From: an uncultured Alphaproteobacteria bacterium
Lineage (GTDB): Bacteria > Pseudomonadota > Alphaproteobacteria > CAIYWZ01
Direction: 5' to 3'
Length of the DNA stretch: 49,262 nucleotides
NCBI GenBank assembly: GCA_903930075.1
Contig: CAIYWZ010000124.1
Coordinates: 1 to 49,262 of the forward strand
Both the position numbers and the translations under genes were made by a program. The notes under the pieces were generated by a model, which saw nothing but the letters and a program-made list of their open reading frames with translations, had not been told where the DNA came from and did no database searches. Every line of letters begins with the position of its first letter. Positions within the stretch are counted from its first letter, which is position 1. This document shows, one piece after another, positions 9,062 to 20,700 of this stretch.

Positions 9062-9777
9062 TTCTGGTGGAGCTGGGTCCAGGTCATGGGACGTTGATGA
9101 AAGATATTGTGCGTATTCTTTCTAAAACGGATACCTTAAAGCTGATAAATTCCATTCATTTGATTGAAACCTCCCCAAAACTTCAGAATATTCAAAAAGA
9201 AACGCTAAAAGACATCTCAAACGTATTTTTTCACAAGTCCGTGGATGATCTTCCAGAGGATTCGGCTATTTTTGTGGCCAACGAATTTTTTGATGCCTTT
9301 CCCATACGGCAGTTTTTTGAAGGAAAAGAGTTGAAAATAACCTCAGATGGACTTTCTCCGCATGAGCCAGACAAAATCACAGAAGATTCACCCCAGACAA
9401 TGAAATATTTTCATACTATTTTAGATTATTTAACCAGGTATAAAGGTGTTTTTATCATCATTGATTATGGAGATTTGGAGCTCAAAGGCAGCACCCTCCA
9501 GGCCGTTCAAAAACACCACCCTGTAGATCCCTTTGAAAACCCTGGAGAATCGGACCTTACAGCCCATGTTGATTTTGGAAAACTCCAATACACAGCAGAA
9601 TCCAGGGGATTTTCCACAAAATTCACCACCCAAAGAAATTTTCTTCTCTCCCTTGGCATTGAAGTTTATTCCCAAAAGCTTCTTCCCCAAATGCCTTTGA
9701 TTCAAGATGATCTCCACCGCCTCGTTTCTCCAAGTGAGATGGGAAATTTATTTAAAGTTCTTGTAATTTGGAATTAA
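9058..9777 (+). CDS. MidA/NDUFAF7-family SAM-dependent methyltransferase, N-terminally truncated
   Basis: LVELGPGHGTLMKD (SAM motif I) at residue 3, ANEFFDAFPIRQF, IIIDYG and DLTAHVDF. In this frame a stop at 9028-9030 precludes a longer N-terminus. My recollection is that family members are ~350-400 aa, against 239 aa here. Confidence 0.7.
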   Translation: MILVELGPGHGTLMKDIVRILSKTDTLKLINSIHLIETSPKLQNIQKETLKDISNVFFHKSVDDLPEDSAIFVANEFFDAFPIRQFFEGKELKITSDGLSPHEPDKITEDSPQTMKYFHTILDYLTRYKGVFIIIDYGDLELKGSTLQAVQKHHPVDPFENPGESDLTAHVDFGKLQYTAESRGFSTKFTTQRNFLLSLGIEVYSQKLLPQMPLIQDDLHRLVSPSEMGNLFKVLVIWN

Positions 9778-9820
9778 ATGATTTACAATTGCTTTGTTAA
9801 ATTTAAATAAGGATTAAAGT

Positions 9821-10603
9821 ATGAAAAAACTAATATTATTGTTTCTTGTCATTTTTACTGGATGTAAATCAGATAAGGAAGCATCCCCTGTCACTCATGA
9901 AATTATATTGGAAAATATTTCAAAAACTTTCAAATCTTTAGATGTAGTCAAAGAACACGTTCGATTTGTCAATACCGTCCACAGTTCAAGGGAAATACTG
10001 GTGATTGAAGGGGGAACTTTTTTGGAAGGAATGACCAATGACGATGGGGCAGTAAAATTATATGGGGGAAGAATTTCTAAGGATTTTATCAATAATAGGG
10101 GCGCGGTTTATATCAATGGCAAAAACGAAGTTTTCATTGAAGGAGCGTTTAAAAGTATTGGACAACCTACTTTGAGTAAACATAGAAATCCGACAAACGG
10201 TCTTAGAATCACGGTTGGGGAAAAACCTCTTGAAGCTTCGAGTGCCGTTTTTGATGAACACACTGAAATCAATGTTGTTTTAACCGATGATTTTCCTAGC
10301 TTTAGTGTGATTGATGTTAAAACTGGCCTTTATTTTGGTTCCCGAACAATATTTAATTTTGAAAAAAGCAATAAAAAACCTATTCCAAAAGGGACGAAAT
10401 TCAAACTTTTTAGAGCAAAAACCATTCATTTATCTCAATCTAATCTAGATGATCGTGCGCGTTACCCCATAGAATATCGGGGGAGTTCGGCGGCTACAAA
10501 TTATACAGGTGCAGATTTAGATAGTATTGAGATTACAAAAGAAAAAGATCCAAATTTTGAGTATCTAGTTGTGACTGTGAAGAAAGAAATCACGCCTTCA
10601 TAA
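9821..10603 (+). CDS. Hypothetical lipoprotein
   Basis: Lipobox LVIFTG-C at Cys15. No family recognised. Weak FxxN / G-A-V beta-helix-like motifs (FINNRGAVYING). Confidence 0.55.
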   Translation: MKKLILLFLVIFTGCKSDKEASPVTHEIILENISKTFKSLDVVKEHVRFVNTVHSSREILVIEGGTFLEGMTNDDGAVKLYGGRISKDFINNRGAVYINGKNEVFIEGAFKSIGQPTLSKHRNPTNGLRITVGEKPLEASSAVFDEHTEINVVLTDDFPSFSVIDVKTGLYFGSRTIFNFEKSNKKPIPKGTKFKLFRAKTIHLSQSNLDDRARYPIEYRGSSAATNYTGADLDSIEITKEKDPNFEYLVVTVKKEITPS

Positions 10604-10652
10604 TCCAATACTTTGAGATCATTGAACCAGGAATAAAGGCGTCTTTATCATG

Positions 10653-10734
10653 ATTGATTTAGAATGATTTCCGTCGCCGTGTTTCTCCAGAGGAGATGGG
10701 GGATTTATTTAAAGTTCTTGTAATCTGGAATTGA
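10653..10734 (+). pseudogene. Relic second copy of the 3' end of the MidA-family gene
   Basis: By my hand alignment, 66 of 82 nt are identical to 9696..9777. It translates to ...RRRVSPEEMGDLFKVLVIWN* against ...HRLVSPSEMGNLFKVLVIWN* in the intact gene. Confidence 0.7.
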
Positions 10735-11495
10735 GAAATAAAAAAATATGTTTCTAAAATATCGTTTACTTTAGAGCGATAGACAAAAGGTATACCTGGG
10801 TCCTTTTTTATTTCCAAGAAGAAAACTTCAGCTTCGAGGTGACAGATTGGACTGAAGTCTTGTAGCTCTTTTGCAGCCATTATTCTCCACCTCACTTCTG
10901 CTGTTTTATCGTTCATAATGCTTCTATAGGCTTCCATGGCTTTTGATTTGTAAATCACGCCGAGTCTTTCTGAGGTGGATTCTAGCCAGTCTCGATTTGT
11001 TTTAATTGAGGTGTTCTTTGTATATCTGAGGGTTAAAGTTGTTAAACCCCGAGCTGCATGTACTCTCGTGCCGGCCGCGATTTCTGGATTGGTTGCAATA
11101 TCGAAGCACACGTCGGCTGACATATCTGAGTTGAACAAAGCCAGTTGTTCTGCAACCTTGATTTTTCTGAGCGGATCTAAGGCTGGATCTTGACTTATAA
11201 TACGTAAAGCTAAAAAGATGAGATTTTCTTTCTGATTTTTTTTTGATGTTAAAATATGAACTAAGTTCCATTTCTCATCGGCTGATAAGACTTTCATCTT
11301 TTTGAAAAGATCGTATTCCGCGCCTTCATAAGGAATTTCTTCTTCTATTGGACGCATCTCATTGAAATCATTTTTTTTCCAAACCCCCTCCCAGAGCTCT
11401 TTCCATCCTGTGAAAAACTCATCCCATAAATTTTCCCCGAATAAGTCTGTTGTAAAAAACATACCTATGATCATCATTCTTATTAAATATTTCAT
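10659..11495 (-). CDS. Hypothetical secreted protein with HEAT-like repeats
   Basis: Signal-like MKYLIRMMIIGMFFTTDLFG. Recurrent D-P-x-x-R-x-x-A-A-x-x-L-type motifs (DPLRKIKVAEQLALF, TRVHAARGLTTL, AEVRWRIMAAKELQDF). I moved the start to 11495. The 3' end reads antisense through the MidA relic. Confidence 0.45.
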   Translation of the reverse strand: MKYLIRMMIIGMFFTTDLFGENLWDEFFTGWKELWEGVWKKNDFNEMRPIEEEIPYEGAEYDLFKKMKVLSADEKWNLVHILTSKKNQKENLIFLALRIISQDPALDPLRKIKVAEQLALFNSDMSADVCFDIATNPEIAAGTRVHAARGLTTLTLRYTKNTSIKTNRDWLESTSERLGVIYKSKAMEAYRSIMNDKTAEVRWRIMAAKELQDFSPICHLEAEVFFLEIKKDPGIPFVYRSKVNDILETYFFISQFQITRTLNKSPISSGETRRRKSF

Positions 11496-11607
11496 AACCC
11501 AATTCCTTTTTAGAAAATGGTAGAAAATATTCATCAATATTTCATTGAGAAAGTGATGTAATTTGATATAAAATGTATTGAATTATTAACTTTTTATTGA
11601 CAATTAC

Positions 11608-12333
11608 TTAATTTTTTATAGAAAATTGGGAAACTATTCGTCTAAGTGGCCTGTTGCTTTGAGGACTAGATATATGTTCAGATTGGGGGTGGTCTAAAAT
11701 TTCTTTTGCGGCTGAAATAACATCAGGGCATATATCCTTTTTTTGGGATAGGAGGTAACATAACTCCAAAGCTTCTTCCTTGTAGATATTCATATGTATG
11801 AGTTTTTTGATTGTCGAAATTCGGCACCAAGGGTCTATAGATTCATCTTGAGAAAGGTGTAAATAATGCCGGGCTGTTTTATGATGATCCTGTTCAAGTT
11901 TATTTAAAATAGAGACTGCATCGATTCTTGTCCAAGGATTGTCATTTGAATCTTCAATAATCCAGATTAAAGCTAATCTTTTGAGTATTTTCTCTGAGTC
12001 TGTTTCTTCAGGTAATTTCTTGACGTATGAAAATCTTCCAGATGAATGTTGGGAATATTGCATATCATGCAAAATATCTAAGGGGTCTTTAATTAAATGT
12101 TCTAAAGATAAAAGTAAGTCTTGTTTTGCTGAGATTTTGGGTAAAGTTTTTCCAACATGCTCCAAAGCATTTTTGAATGCAAAAAGTTTTGCTGGATGCT
12201 CACAGGCTTGGCTGATGACGATATTGAATTTAGCTTCATCTTCGTTTTGCATAATAAAATCAATATATGAATATTCCATAGCAAAAAGAGATGTATTTTT
12301 TATCAAAAAAATCAGTAAAAAAAATAATTTCAT
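11608..12333 (-). CDS. Hypothetical secreted protein with HEAT-like repeats
   Basis: Signal peptide [18 protein letters not shown]. Motifs NPWTRIDAVSILNKL and DPWCRISTIKKLIHM. It overlaps the upstream gene by 4 nt, which suggests an operon. Confidence 0.45.
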   Translation of the reverse strand: MKLFFLLIFLIKNTSLFAMEYSYIDFIMQNEDEAKFNIVISQACEHPAKLFAFKNALEHVGKTLPKISAKQDLLLSLEHLIKDPLDILHDMQYSQHSSGRFSYVKKLPEETDSEKILKRLALIWIIEDSNDNPWTRIDAVSILNKLEQDHHKTARHYLHLSQDESIDPWCRISTIKKLIHMNIYKEEALELCYLLSQKKDICPDVISAAKEILDHPQSEHISSPQSNRPLRRIVSQFSIKN

Positions 12334-12761
12334 TTAACCATATGTCTCACGTACAAAAGAGTGGAGAATAAAATCAAGAAAATAAGAAGACACAAAAATC
12401 CATCGGAACCCAACGGTTTTTGGTTGTGATCAATGCGTTTTTCAATAAATTGGAGATATAAGGTGGTTCCAAAGGCTCCTAAAAAAATGGCTATAAAAAT
12501 ACTTGTTAGGAACGCCACTGCTAAGGGAAGTAATCCCATGATTAGATTGATCCCAAGAATAGAAAGGGCGATTTTATAGAGTCTTCTATACACAAGCCAG
12601 GGTAGTCCTCCGAAAAATGCGGCCCAGTTCCAAGAAATAAACTTGAATGAGCCGTCAGATTCTGCCCGGGCGCGCAGATAATAAACTTTTGAGTTTAAAA
12701 TCTGATCGCTTAAATGTGCGCTAATGTGTTGTTCGAAAAGTTCTCTATCGTTCATGAACAT
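12330..12761 (-). CDS. DUF2628-family membrane protein
   Basis: [19 protein letters not shown] signature followed by TM helices. Overlaps the nrdJ stop by 10 nt. Confidence 0.6.
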   Translation of the reverse strand: MFMNDRELFEQHISAHLSDQILNSKVYYLRARAESDGSFKFISWNWAAFFGGLPWLVYRRLYKIALSILGINLIMGLLPLAVAFLTSIFIAIFLGAFGTTLYLQFIEKRIDHNQKPLGSDGFLCLLIFLILFSTLLYVRHMVK

Positions 12762-15700
12762 CCACTTGTTGAGCCACAGGTATTACACTTGAGGCAGGTT
12801 CCATTACGCACCAACGTGAAATTTCCACATTCAGAACAGGCATCTCCTTGATAACCTTGAAGCTTTGCCTGGGCTACTTTTTGGGCTGTGGAAGGTTCTT
12901 GCGGCGAAGATGAATTAGACACAACAAAGAAATTCCCCCTTGTAAATCCAGAACTTCCTGCAAAAGTCACAACTTTATCTACGGTTTCGTCTTGCTTAAT
13001 GATCGGGCTTCCGATGCTTCCTGGGTCCATTTCCTCAGGAATGCTGTGGGCCAAATCCGTGCGTCCAAGGTAAGAGATTGCCAGTTCCCTAAAGATATAA
13101 TCAATCACAGAAGTTGCCATCTTAATTGTTGAGTTTCCTTCCACGCGTCCTGATGGATCAAAACGTGTAAAAGTGAAGGCTTCGACAAATTCTTCCAAAG
13201 GAACGCCATATTGGAGACCAATTGAAATGGCCATGGCAAAATTGCTCATCAAACTTCTAAAAGCCGCGCCTTCTTTGTGCATGCTGATAAAGAGCTCGCC
13301 CAAATTTCCATTGGGATATTCACCTGTGGTGATATAAACCTTATGACCGCCAACGGAGGCTTTTTGAGTGTATCCTCTGCGGCGTTCTGGCAGGCGGTGA
13401 CGTTTTCCGGAAACAACACGTTCAATGACGCGTTCAACAATTTTTTCGCTAATTTGGACAACTTGTTCGGCTTTGGGCAAATCATCAAAGTCCTCATCAT
13501 CCACCAAAGATCCGCTTAAAGGCTGGGAAAGTTTTGAACCATCTCTGTAAAGGGCATTGGATTTAAGCCCCAATTTCCAAGAAAGCATATAGGCTTCTTT
13601 ACAATCATTGATGGATGCATGTGTTGGCATATTGATCGTTTTGGAAATTGCGCCTGAAACAAATGGCTGAACAGCTGCCATCATTTCAATATGACTTTGA
13701 GCCGAGAGATACCTCTTTCCTTTTTTACCACAGGGGCTTGCACAATCAAATACACTGTAGTATTTCGCATCTAAATGAGGCGAGCCTTCAATTGTCATTG
13801 TCCCACAGCAATATTCATTGGCGGCATCAATATCTGCTTTGCCGAACCCTAAGGTTTCTAAAAGATTAAACGCTGGATCATTAAATTCTTGAGGAGAGAT
13901 TTTTAAAGTTTTGGATAAAAATTCTTCTCCCAAAGACCATTTATTAAAGACGAACCGGATATCAAAAGCACTGGCAAGTGAGTTTTTGAGCATATCAATC
14001 TCTTTTTCACCAAAGCCTTTTTCCCTTAAGGATTTGTAGTTGATGACAGAAGAATTTTCAAGACTTCCATGTCCTAAAATATATTGTTCAATATCTTTGA
14101 TTTGTGAATCGGTATATCCAAGACTTAAAAGACCTTGGGGAACCATGCGGTTGATAATGCGGAAATATCCCCCCCCTGCAAGTTTTTTGAACTTCACCAA
14201 GGCAAAGTCGGGTTCAATCCCTGTTGTGTCGCAATCCATCACAAGACCAATTGTTCCTGTGGGGGCAATCACGGTTGTTTGTGCATTTCTGAATCCATGT
14301 TTGCTTCCAAGTTCCAAAGCGCTATCCCAAGATTTTTTTGCTTCATCAATCAGATTCACATTGTGAGAAAGATCATTGGCATTTAAGGGAACAGGTAGAA
14401 TTGTTAACTTATCATATCCACCTTTTTTACCATAGGCTGCATTTTTATGGTTTGAAATGACCCTGAGCATATCCTTTGCGTTGACTTTGTATCCGGGGAA
14501 TGTGCCTAATTCTTTGGCCATGAGCGCAGAAACCGCGTAAGATGTACCCGTCATGATCGCAGCCAATGCTCCTGCAATGGCTCTACCCTCTTTACTATCA
14601 TAGGGAATACCGCAGGACATTAAAACTCCCCCAAGGTTTGCATATCCAAGGCCAAGGGTGCGGTAATCATAAGATCTTTGCGCAATTTCTTTTGAAGGGA
14701 ATTGGGCCATGGTCACAGAAATTTCAAGGGTCATTGTCCACAAAGAAATCGCATGTTTATAAGCTTCAATATCAAAATTGAGTTCTAACGGATTATCCCC
14801 TTCTTTTTTGAAGGTATAAAGGTTTAAAGACGCAAGGTTACAGGCAGTATCATCCAAGAACATGTATTCAGAACATGGATTTGATCCATTAATACGGCCG
14901 CTTTGGGGGCAGGTATGCCATTCATTGATTGTTGTATCGAATTGAATCCCTGGATCAGCGCACTCCCAGGCGGCGTAGCTGATTTTATCCCAAAGATCTT
15001 TTGCTTTAAGTGTTCTATGGATTTCCCCATCGGTTCTGCGTATGAGATTCCAATTTTTGTCTTCTAAAACGGCATTTAAGAAATGATTATCGACTCTAAC
15101 ACTGTTGTTCGAATTTTGTCCAGAAACAGTAAGGTATGCTTCGCTATCCCAATCGGTGGTCAAGACTTTAAAGTCGATTTCTTTGGCGCCTTGGGATGTC
15201 ATTTGAATAACGCGTCCAATATAGTTTTCAGGAACCATTTCTGATTTTGCCTTGCGGATTGCTTTTTTCAGGGCCATATTTATTTTGGGGTTACAGGCAT
15301 CTTCCAATGTGCCATCAAATTCGTGAATCGTATTAAAAATTTCTGACAAATTGCGCTTTACAATTTTGGATCCGGTGACCAAGCTTGCAACTTTTTGTTC
15401 CTCTTCAACTTTCCAGTTTACAAATTCTTCAATATCGGGATGATCCACATCTAAAATCACCATTTTTGCAGCTCTTCTGGTGGTTCCTCCCGATTTAATC
15501 GCCCCTGCAGAGCGGTCTCCAATTTTGAGGAAACTCATCAAGCCTGAGGAACGACCACCGCCCGAAAGAGATTCGCCATTCCCACGGATTTTTGAAAAGT
15601 TTGATCCTGTACCTGATCCATATTTAAAAAGACGTGCTTCCCGGACCCAAAGATCCATAATGCCTCCATCATTGACCAAATCATCGCCGACGCTTTGAAT

Positions 15701-16300
15701 AAAACAAGCATGGGGCTGGGGATGTTCATAGGAAGAGGTTGAACTTGTGAGTTTTCCGGTTTTAAAATCAACATAATAGTGACCTTGGGAATGTCCTTCA
15801 ATACCGTAAGCCCAATGAAGACCTGTATTGAACCATTGTGGTGAATTTGGCGCGGCCATTTGGTGAATGAGCATATAGCGCATTTCATCAAAATAAGCCA
15901 AGGCATCTTCTTCGCCATCAAAGTATCCGCCTTTCCAACCCCAATAGGTCCAGGCTCCTGCCATACGATCAAAAACTTGTGTAGCAGATTGTTCACTTGA
16001 GGTTCTTTGGTTTTCAGGAAGTGATGCCAAAATATCCTCATCTGGGACTTGGCGTTGGAGCCAAACGGGGATTCCTTCTTCCTCAACTTTTTTTAAAGCC
16101 AAAGGAACACCGGCTTTGCGAAAATATTTTTGCGCAATAATGTCACAGGCAACGGAGGACCAGCTTGCGGGGACTTCTATATTTTCTAACCTAAAAACGA
16201 TGGATCCATCGGGATTTTTAATTTCTGAAGTTGCTCTTTGGAAGACAATATTTGAGTAAGGGGAACTATTAGTGGTGGTAAAACGACGTTGAATTTTCAT
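12752..16300 (-). CDS. nrdJ: Class II (adenosylcobalamin-dependent) ribonucleotide reductase
   Basis: Long alpha-type NrdJ with the conserved blocks NPCSEY, PTGTIG and SKTINMP, and a Cys-rich C-terminal tail ([28 protein letters not shown]). I chose the start at ATG 16300, preceded by AAAGAGG. Confidence 0.9.
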   Translation of the reverse strand: MKIQRRFTTTNSSPYSNIVFQRATSEIKNPDGSIVFRLENIEVPASWSSVACDIIAQKYFRKAGVPLALKKVEEEGIPVWLQRQVPDEDILASLPENQRTSSEQSATQVFDRMAGAWTYWGWKGGYFDGEEDALAYFDEMRYMLIHQMAAPNSPQWFNTGLHWAYGIEGHSQGHYYVDFKTGKLTSSTSSYEHPQPHACFIQSVGDDLVNDGGIMDLWVREARLFKYGSGTGSNFSKIRGNGESLSGGGRSSGLMSFLKIGDRSAGAIKSGGTTRRAAKMVILDVDHPDIEEFVNWKVEEEQKVASLVTGSKIVKRNLSEIFNTIHEFDGTLEDACNPKINMALKKAIRKAKSEMVPENYIGRVIQMTSQGAKEIDFKVLTTDWDSEAYLTVSGQNSNNSVRVDNHFLNAVLEDKNWNLIRRTDGEIHRTLKAKDLWDKISYAAWECADPGIQFDTTINEWHTCPQSGRINGSNPCSEYMFLDDTACNLASLNLYTFKKEGDNPLELNFDIEAYKHAISLWTMTLEISVTMAQFPSKEIAQRSYDYRTLGLGYANLGGVLMSCGIPYDSKEGRAIAGALAAIMTGTSYAVSALMAKELGTFPGYKVNAKDMLRVISNHKNAAYGKKGGYDKLTILPVPLNANDLSHNVNLIDEAKKSWDSALELGSKHGFRNAQTTVIAPTGTIGLVMDCDTTGIEPDFALVKFKKLAGGGYFRIINRMVPQGLLSLGYTDSQIKDIEQYILGHGSLENSSVINYKSLREKGFGEKEIDMLKNSLASAFDIRFVFNKWSLGEEFLSKTLKISPQEFNDPAFNLLETLGFGKADIDAANEYCCGTMTIEGSPHLDAKYYSVFDCASPCGKKGKRYLSAQSHIEMMAAVQPFVSGAISKTINMPTHASINDCKEAYMLSWKLGLKSNALYRDGSKLSQPLSGSLVDDEDFDDLPKAEQVVQISEKIVERVIERVVSGKRHRLPERRRGYTQKASVGGHKVYITTGEYPNGNLGELFISMHKEGAAFRSLMSNFAMAISIGLQYGVPLEEFVEAFTFTRFDPSGRVEGNSTIKMATSVIDYIFRELAISYLGRTDLAHSIPEEMDPGSIGSPIIKQDETVDKVVTFAGSSGFTRGNFFVVSNSSSPQEPSTAQKVAQAKLQGYQGDACSECGNFTLVRNGTCLKCNTCGSTSGCS

Positions 16301-16545
16301 AAAAAACCTCTTTATATATTTAATTGATGTGTTTAATTTCAGGGTGACTTCTCTATGAATTAAACTACTCTTGTCCTCAAATTCTTTCAATAAAAATATT
16401 TACTTTTTTTTAAAAAAAAAGGTTGATTTTTTGAAGCACCCGGAAAATCTATTGCATTTAAATAAATTAAAATTAGGGGTTTCTTAACTTTTTTCTTTTA
16501 TATTCATAGTATTAACGAATTAAACGTAAAAGGAGTCGCTTCAAA

Positions 16546-17721
16546 ATGAAACTGCAAAATTCAAGTATTTTTCAAAATAAATATTTTTTCTGGGGAAGTA
16601 TAGGGATCATTTTGATCTTGGTGTGTAAAATCGGATCCATGTTTTTTGCAAGTAAGCCTATTCCAAAAATTTATACTGTGCCTTTGGCAGAAGTTGCGCA
16701 TGTGATTAAAAAAACAGTTCCTTATGAAATTACCGCCCCTGGAACGTTTATGACCATGCAACAAATTAGTATTTATAACCGTGTTGATGGGGAAATTTTG
16801 ACAATGCCCTTTAAAGAAGGAGATATTGTTAAAGAAGGGGATATTCTTTATACGCTCAATGTTGCGGATCAGGAAGCAAAACTTGCTCAGGTTCAAGGAT
16901 CTTTAGAAAAAGATATGGCACTTTTGGAAGATGCGAAAAAAGAATATGACCGCAATGCAAAACTTTTTAAACAAGGATTTGTGTCTGCGTCCCAATTAGA
17001 TCTATTGAAAAGTAATAGAGACAGTTTAGAAGCCAGTATTAAGACCGATCAAGGTAATATTGATTATATGAAAATTCAAATTGGGTATGCGACAATTCGA
17101 AGTCCAATTACGGGACGTATTGGTTTTACCAAAGTCAATATCGGAACCCTTGTCAAAGCTTCATCTACGGCGCCAATTACAACGATTATGAAACTTGATC
17201 CTATGGATTTTATATTCTCATTATCAGAAAAATATCTTGATTTTTTAAATAAAACACCGCTGGATAAATTTAAAATTGCTTTAACAGATGAAAATTATGT
17301 GGAAAAAACCGCAATTGGTAAGTTAATCGCCCTTGATAACAGTATCAGTACAGCAACGGGGTCTCTCCAGGTGAAAGCCAGATTTGATAATAAAAATTTT
17401 GAATTTTGGCCTGGGCAATATTTAAATATTAAAATCGTTTTGGAAGAGAAAAAAGATGCTTTGATTGTTCCCGCAAGGGCGGTGCAAAGTGGTCCTAAAG
17501 GTCCTTATGTTTTTGTGTGTAAAGAAGAAGATCAGACATTTTCCATGCGTGACGTTAAAGTTGGGATCACTGCAGAAACTTGGGCACTGGTTGAAACTGG
17601 TTTGAAAGAGGGGGATTTGGTCCTTGTTTCTGGGCAAAATGCCTTTAAAAATGGAACAAAAGCTGCAAAGCTTGAAAAACAAGATACGAATCTTTTGATT
17701 GAAGCAAAGGACAAAAAATAA
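16546..17721 (+). CDS. RND efflux periplasmic adaptor (membrane fusion protein, MdtA/AcrA-like)
   Basis: N-terminal TM anchor, a coiled-coil hairpin region, the lipoyl-like motif IRSPITGRIG and a beta-barrel C-terminus. Its stop overlaps the start of the next gene (TAATG). Confidence 0.85.
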   Translation: MKLQNSSIFQNKYFFWGSIGIILILVCKIGSMFFASKPIPKIYTVPLAEVAHVIKKTVPYEITAPGTFMTMQQISIYNRVDGEILTMPFKEGDIVKEGDILYTLNVADQEAKLAQVQGSLEKDMALLEDAKKEYDRNAKLFKQGFVSASQLDLLKSNRDSLEASIKTDQGNIDYMKIQIGYATIRSPITGRIGFTKVNIGTLVKASSTAPITTIMKLDPMDFIFSLSEKYLDFLNKTPLDKFKIALTDENYVEKTAIGKLIALDNSISTATGSLQVKARFDNKNFEFWPGQYLNIKIVLEEKKDALIVPARAVQSGPKGPYVFVCKEEDQTFSMRDVKVGITAETWALVETGLKEGDLVLVSGQNAFKNGTKAAKLEKQDTNLLIEAKDKK

Positions 17722-20700
17722 TGAACTTTTCGAGCATTTTTATTTTCCGTCCCATTATGACGATTTTATTGATGGTCGCTTTTATTTTTGCAGGATGTAT
17801 TGGATATTCTCTTTTACCAATCAACTCACTTCCAAGAATTGATTTTCCAACGATTCAAGTCACTGTTTTGTTTCCTGGGACGTCAGCAGAAACCATGGCG
17901 CGAACGGTTGCTCTACCTTTGGAACATATGTTTTCCTCAATTGATGGAGTTGATACGATGAACTCGACCAGCAGTCAGGGGAAAACGCAAATCACACTCC
18001 AATTTGGTTTAAATCGCAATATTGACGCGGCGGCCCAAGATGTGGGGTCCGCAATTTCTGGAGCTCAAAAAAACCTCCCCGTGGGACTTCCAAATCCACC
18101 AACTTATGCAAAAATTAATCCGGCAGAAACGCCGGTTCTTTACATTTCGGTCAACTCGGAAAGTTTGAAAAACGCGCAAGTTGATATGTATGCGCGTAAT
18201 TTTATCGCGGACCGTATTTCTATGTTGCCAGGAGTGGCACAGGTGGACAACCTTGGAAGTCAGAAATATGCGGTGCGTATTTATGCAAATCCTCAAATTT
18301 TAGCCATGCGGGGCTTGACTTTAACGGACGTTTCAAATGCGGTTGCACATGCAAATATATTGGCTCCGTCGGGGTTGATTTATGGTTCTTTTCAAGCAGG
18401 TGTGGTCAATCCCAACAGCAGCCTTCAAACAGCCGCTGATTTTGAAAATGTGATCGTGAATGAAGTGGGCGGTGTGCCGCTACGGCTTAAAGATGTGGCC
18501 ACAGTTAAAGACAGCATTGAAGATGATCGAAGGGCTGCCTGGTATAATAAAACGCCTTCGGTTCTTTTGGCTGTGAGTCGCCAGCCAGGTGCAAATACGG
18601 TTGAAGTGATTGATAGTGTTCATAATCTCCTTCCCCAAATTAGGGCTCAGCTTCCTCAAACCCTGAATGTGGATGTGTTGGCGGACAGGTCTGAAGCGGT
18701 GCGTGATGCTCTGCGGGATGTGAAATACACCTTTGTGCTGACGATGATTTTGGTCATTGGGGTAATTTATATGTTTTTGAACAATATGAGAGCAACGTTT
18801 ATTCCAAGCATCACACTTCCCATTGCCATTATTGGGAGCTTTGCTTTCATGTATATTTTTGGATATAGCTTGAATAATTTAACACTTTTGGCTCTGACTC
18901 TGGCCGTTGGATATATCGTAGATGATGCGATTGTAGTTGTTGAAAATATTAGTCATCATGTTGAACATGGTATGCCCTCTGTGGACGCTGCGGTTCAAGG
19001 AAGCAGTGAAATTTCTTTTACTGTTCTTTCCATGACGCTTTCATTGGGCGCCGTTTTTATTCCCATTATTTTCATGCAAGGCGTTGTGGGGAGACTCTTT
19101 CACGAGTTTGCAATCACGATTACCGTTGTGATCATGATTTCATGTTTTATTTCACTGACCCTCACGCCCATGATGGCAAGATTTTTACTTGTTGCAGATC
19201 AGCAAGCGGATAAAAAACCCTCAAGATTTGAAATTCTTTATAATCAGGTAGAAGCGTTGTATAAATTATCTTTAAATTGGGTGATGAAGCGCCAACGGGA
19301 AACGCTGTTTTTTTTCACCTTTCTTTTTTGTTTCAATATTTTTCTTTTTATGCAGGTGAGCAAAGGATTTTTCCCGACAGAAGATACCGGATTTATTTTT
19401 GGGTTTTATGAATCCACAGCTGAAACTTCCTTTGAATCTATGAAAAGAACGGCTGAAAAAGTTTCTGATATTGTGTCTAAAGACCCGGATGTTCTTAATT
19501 TCAACGTTTCTCTTGGAGGAGGGAGTTTGAGCAATGCAGGCCGTGTTTTTATTGCGCTCAAACCTGTTGATCAAAGGCAAAAAAATATTCAAACAAAGAT
19601 AGGAGATTTTAGAAAAGCCTTCACTCAGATTGCCGAAGTTCAAATGTTTTTACAACCCGTCGTGAACTTAAATCTTGGGGGATTGATCAGTAAAAGTCAA
19701 TATCAGTATACTTTGCAGGGAACAGACTTGAAAGAGTTATATAAATACACACAAAATTTTGAGCAAGAACTTAAAAAAATCCCTGGATTTTTAGATGTGA
19801 CAACGGATTTACAGCTGAACGTTATGAATGCAAATGTGAAGATCAATCGTGACCGAGCATCTATGCTGGGTATTGCGATTTCAGACATTACAAATGTTTT
19901 AGGAAGCGCGTTTGGAGATCTTCAAATTTCAACAATTTATAATGATCAAGACAGTTATAAAGTCATTTTAGATGCCTCAAAAAATCAATCACGTGTTTTG
20001 GGAGATCTTTCCCATCTTTTTGTAAAAACAAAAAAAGGAGACCTCGTCAGATTGGATACCGTTGCCAAGTTTGAATTTGGGAATTCGGCTTTGACTGTCA
20101 ATCATTTTAATGAAGTCCCTTGTACAACAGTTTCTTTTAATTTACGCCCCGATATGAGTTTGGGAGAGGCTGTGGCCAAGCTTGATGAGGCAGAAATTAA
20201 TCTCAAAAGACCCCAAAGTATAACGGGCGCATTTCAAGGAACAACGCAGGTCTTTAAAGCCATGCAAACACAGGCACTATGGCTGATTTTAGCGGCAGTT
20301 TTGACAATATATCTGATTTTAGGGATGCTTTATGAAAGTTATATCCACCCCTTGACGATTCTCTCCAGTCTTCCAACAGCTGGAATTGGAGCACTTATGG
20401 CATTGATCTTCACGGGGATGAATCTTGATGTGATCAGTTTAATTGGATTTATTATGCTCATTGGAATTGTGAAAAAGAATGCAATCATGATGATTGACTA
20501 TGCCCTTGTGGAAGAACGTCAACATGGAAAATCGCCTGAAGAAGCCATTGTTGAAGCGGCGTTTCGAAGGTTTAGACCGATTATGATGACAACGCTTGCC
20601 GCTATTGTGGGAATTCTTCCCATCACTTTTGGTCTGGGGGCAGGGGCGGAACTCCGCCAGCCCTTAGGCGTTGCGGTTGCGGGGGGGCTTATGGTTTCTC

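Noticed and set aside
15538-16086. 182-aa alternative-frame ORF, and several other nested ORFs inside nrdJ, the RND genes and valS
   Set aside because: They are embedded in long, strongly supported CDSs, have no recognisable motifs, and show the compositional bias expected of off-frame translation.
12752-16390. Possible intein or N-terminal extension in the 1212-aa nrdJ ORF
   Set aside because: The length fits long alpha-type NrdJ. The sequence is colinear, with no Cys/Ser...HN-Cys splice-junction block. The extra 30 N-terminal codons are better explained by the internal ATG at 16300, which has a Shine-Dalgarno sequence.
16301-16545. Looked for NrdR boxes or a cobalamin riboswitch between nrdJ and the RND operon
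   Set aside because: The spacer is AT-rich with homopolymer runs (T8, A9). I saw no palindromic NrdR-box pair and no B12-box-like GC-rich core. I cannot exclude weak sites without a matrix scan.
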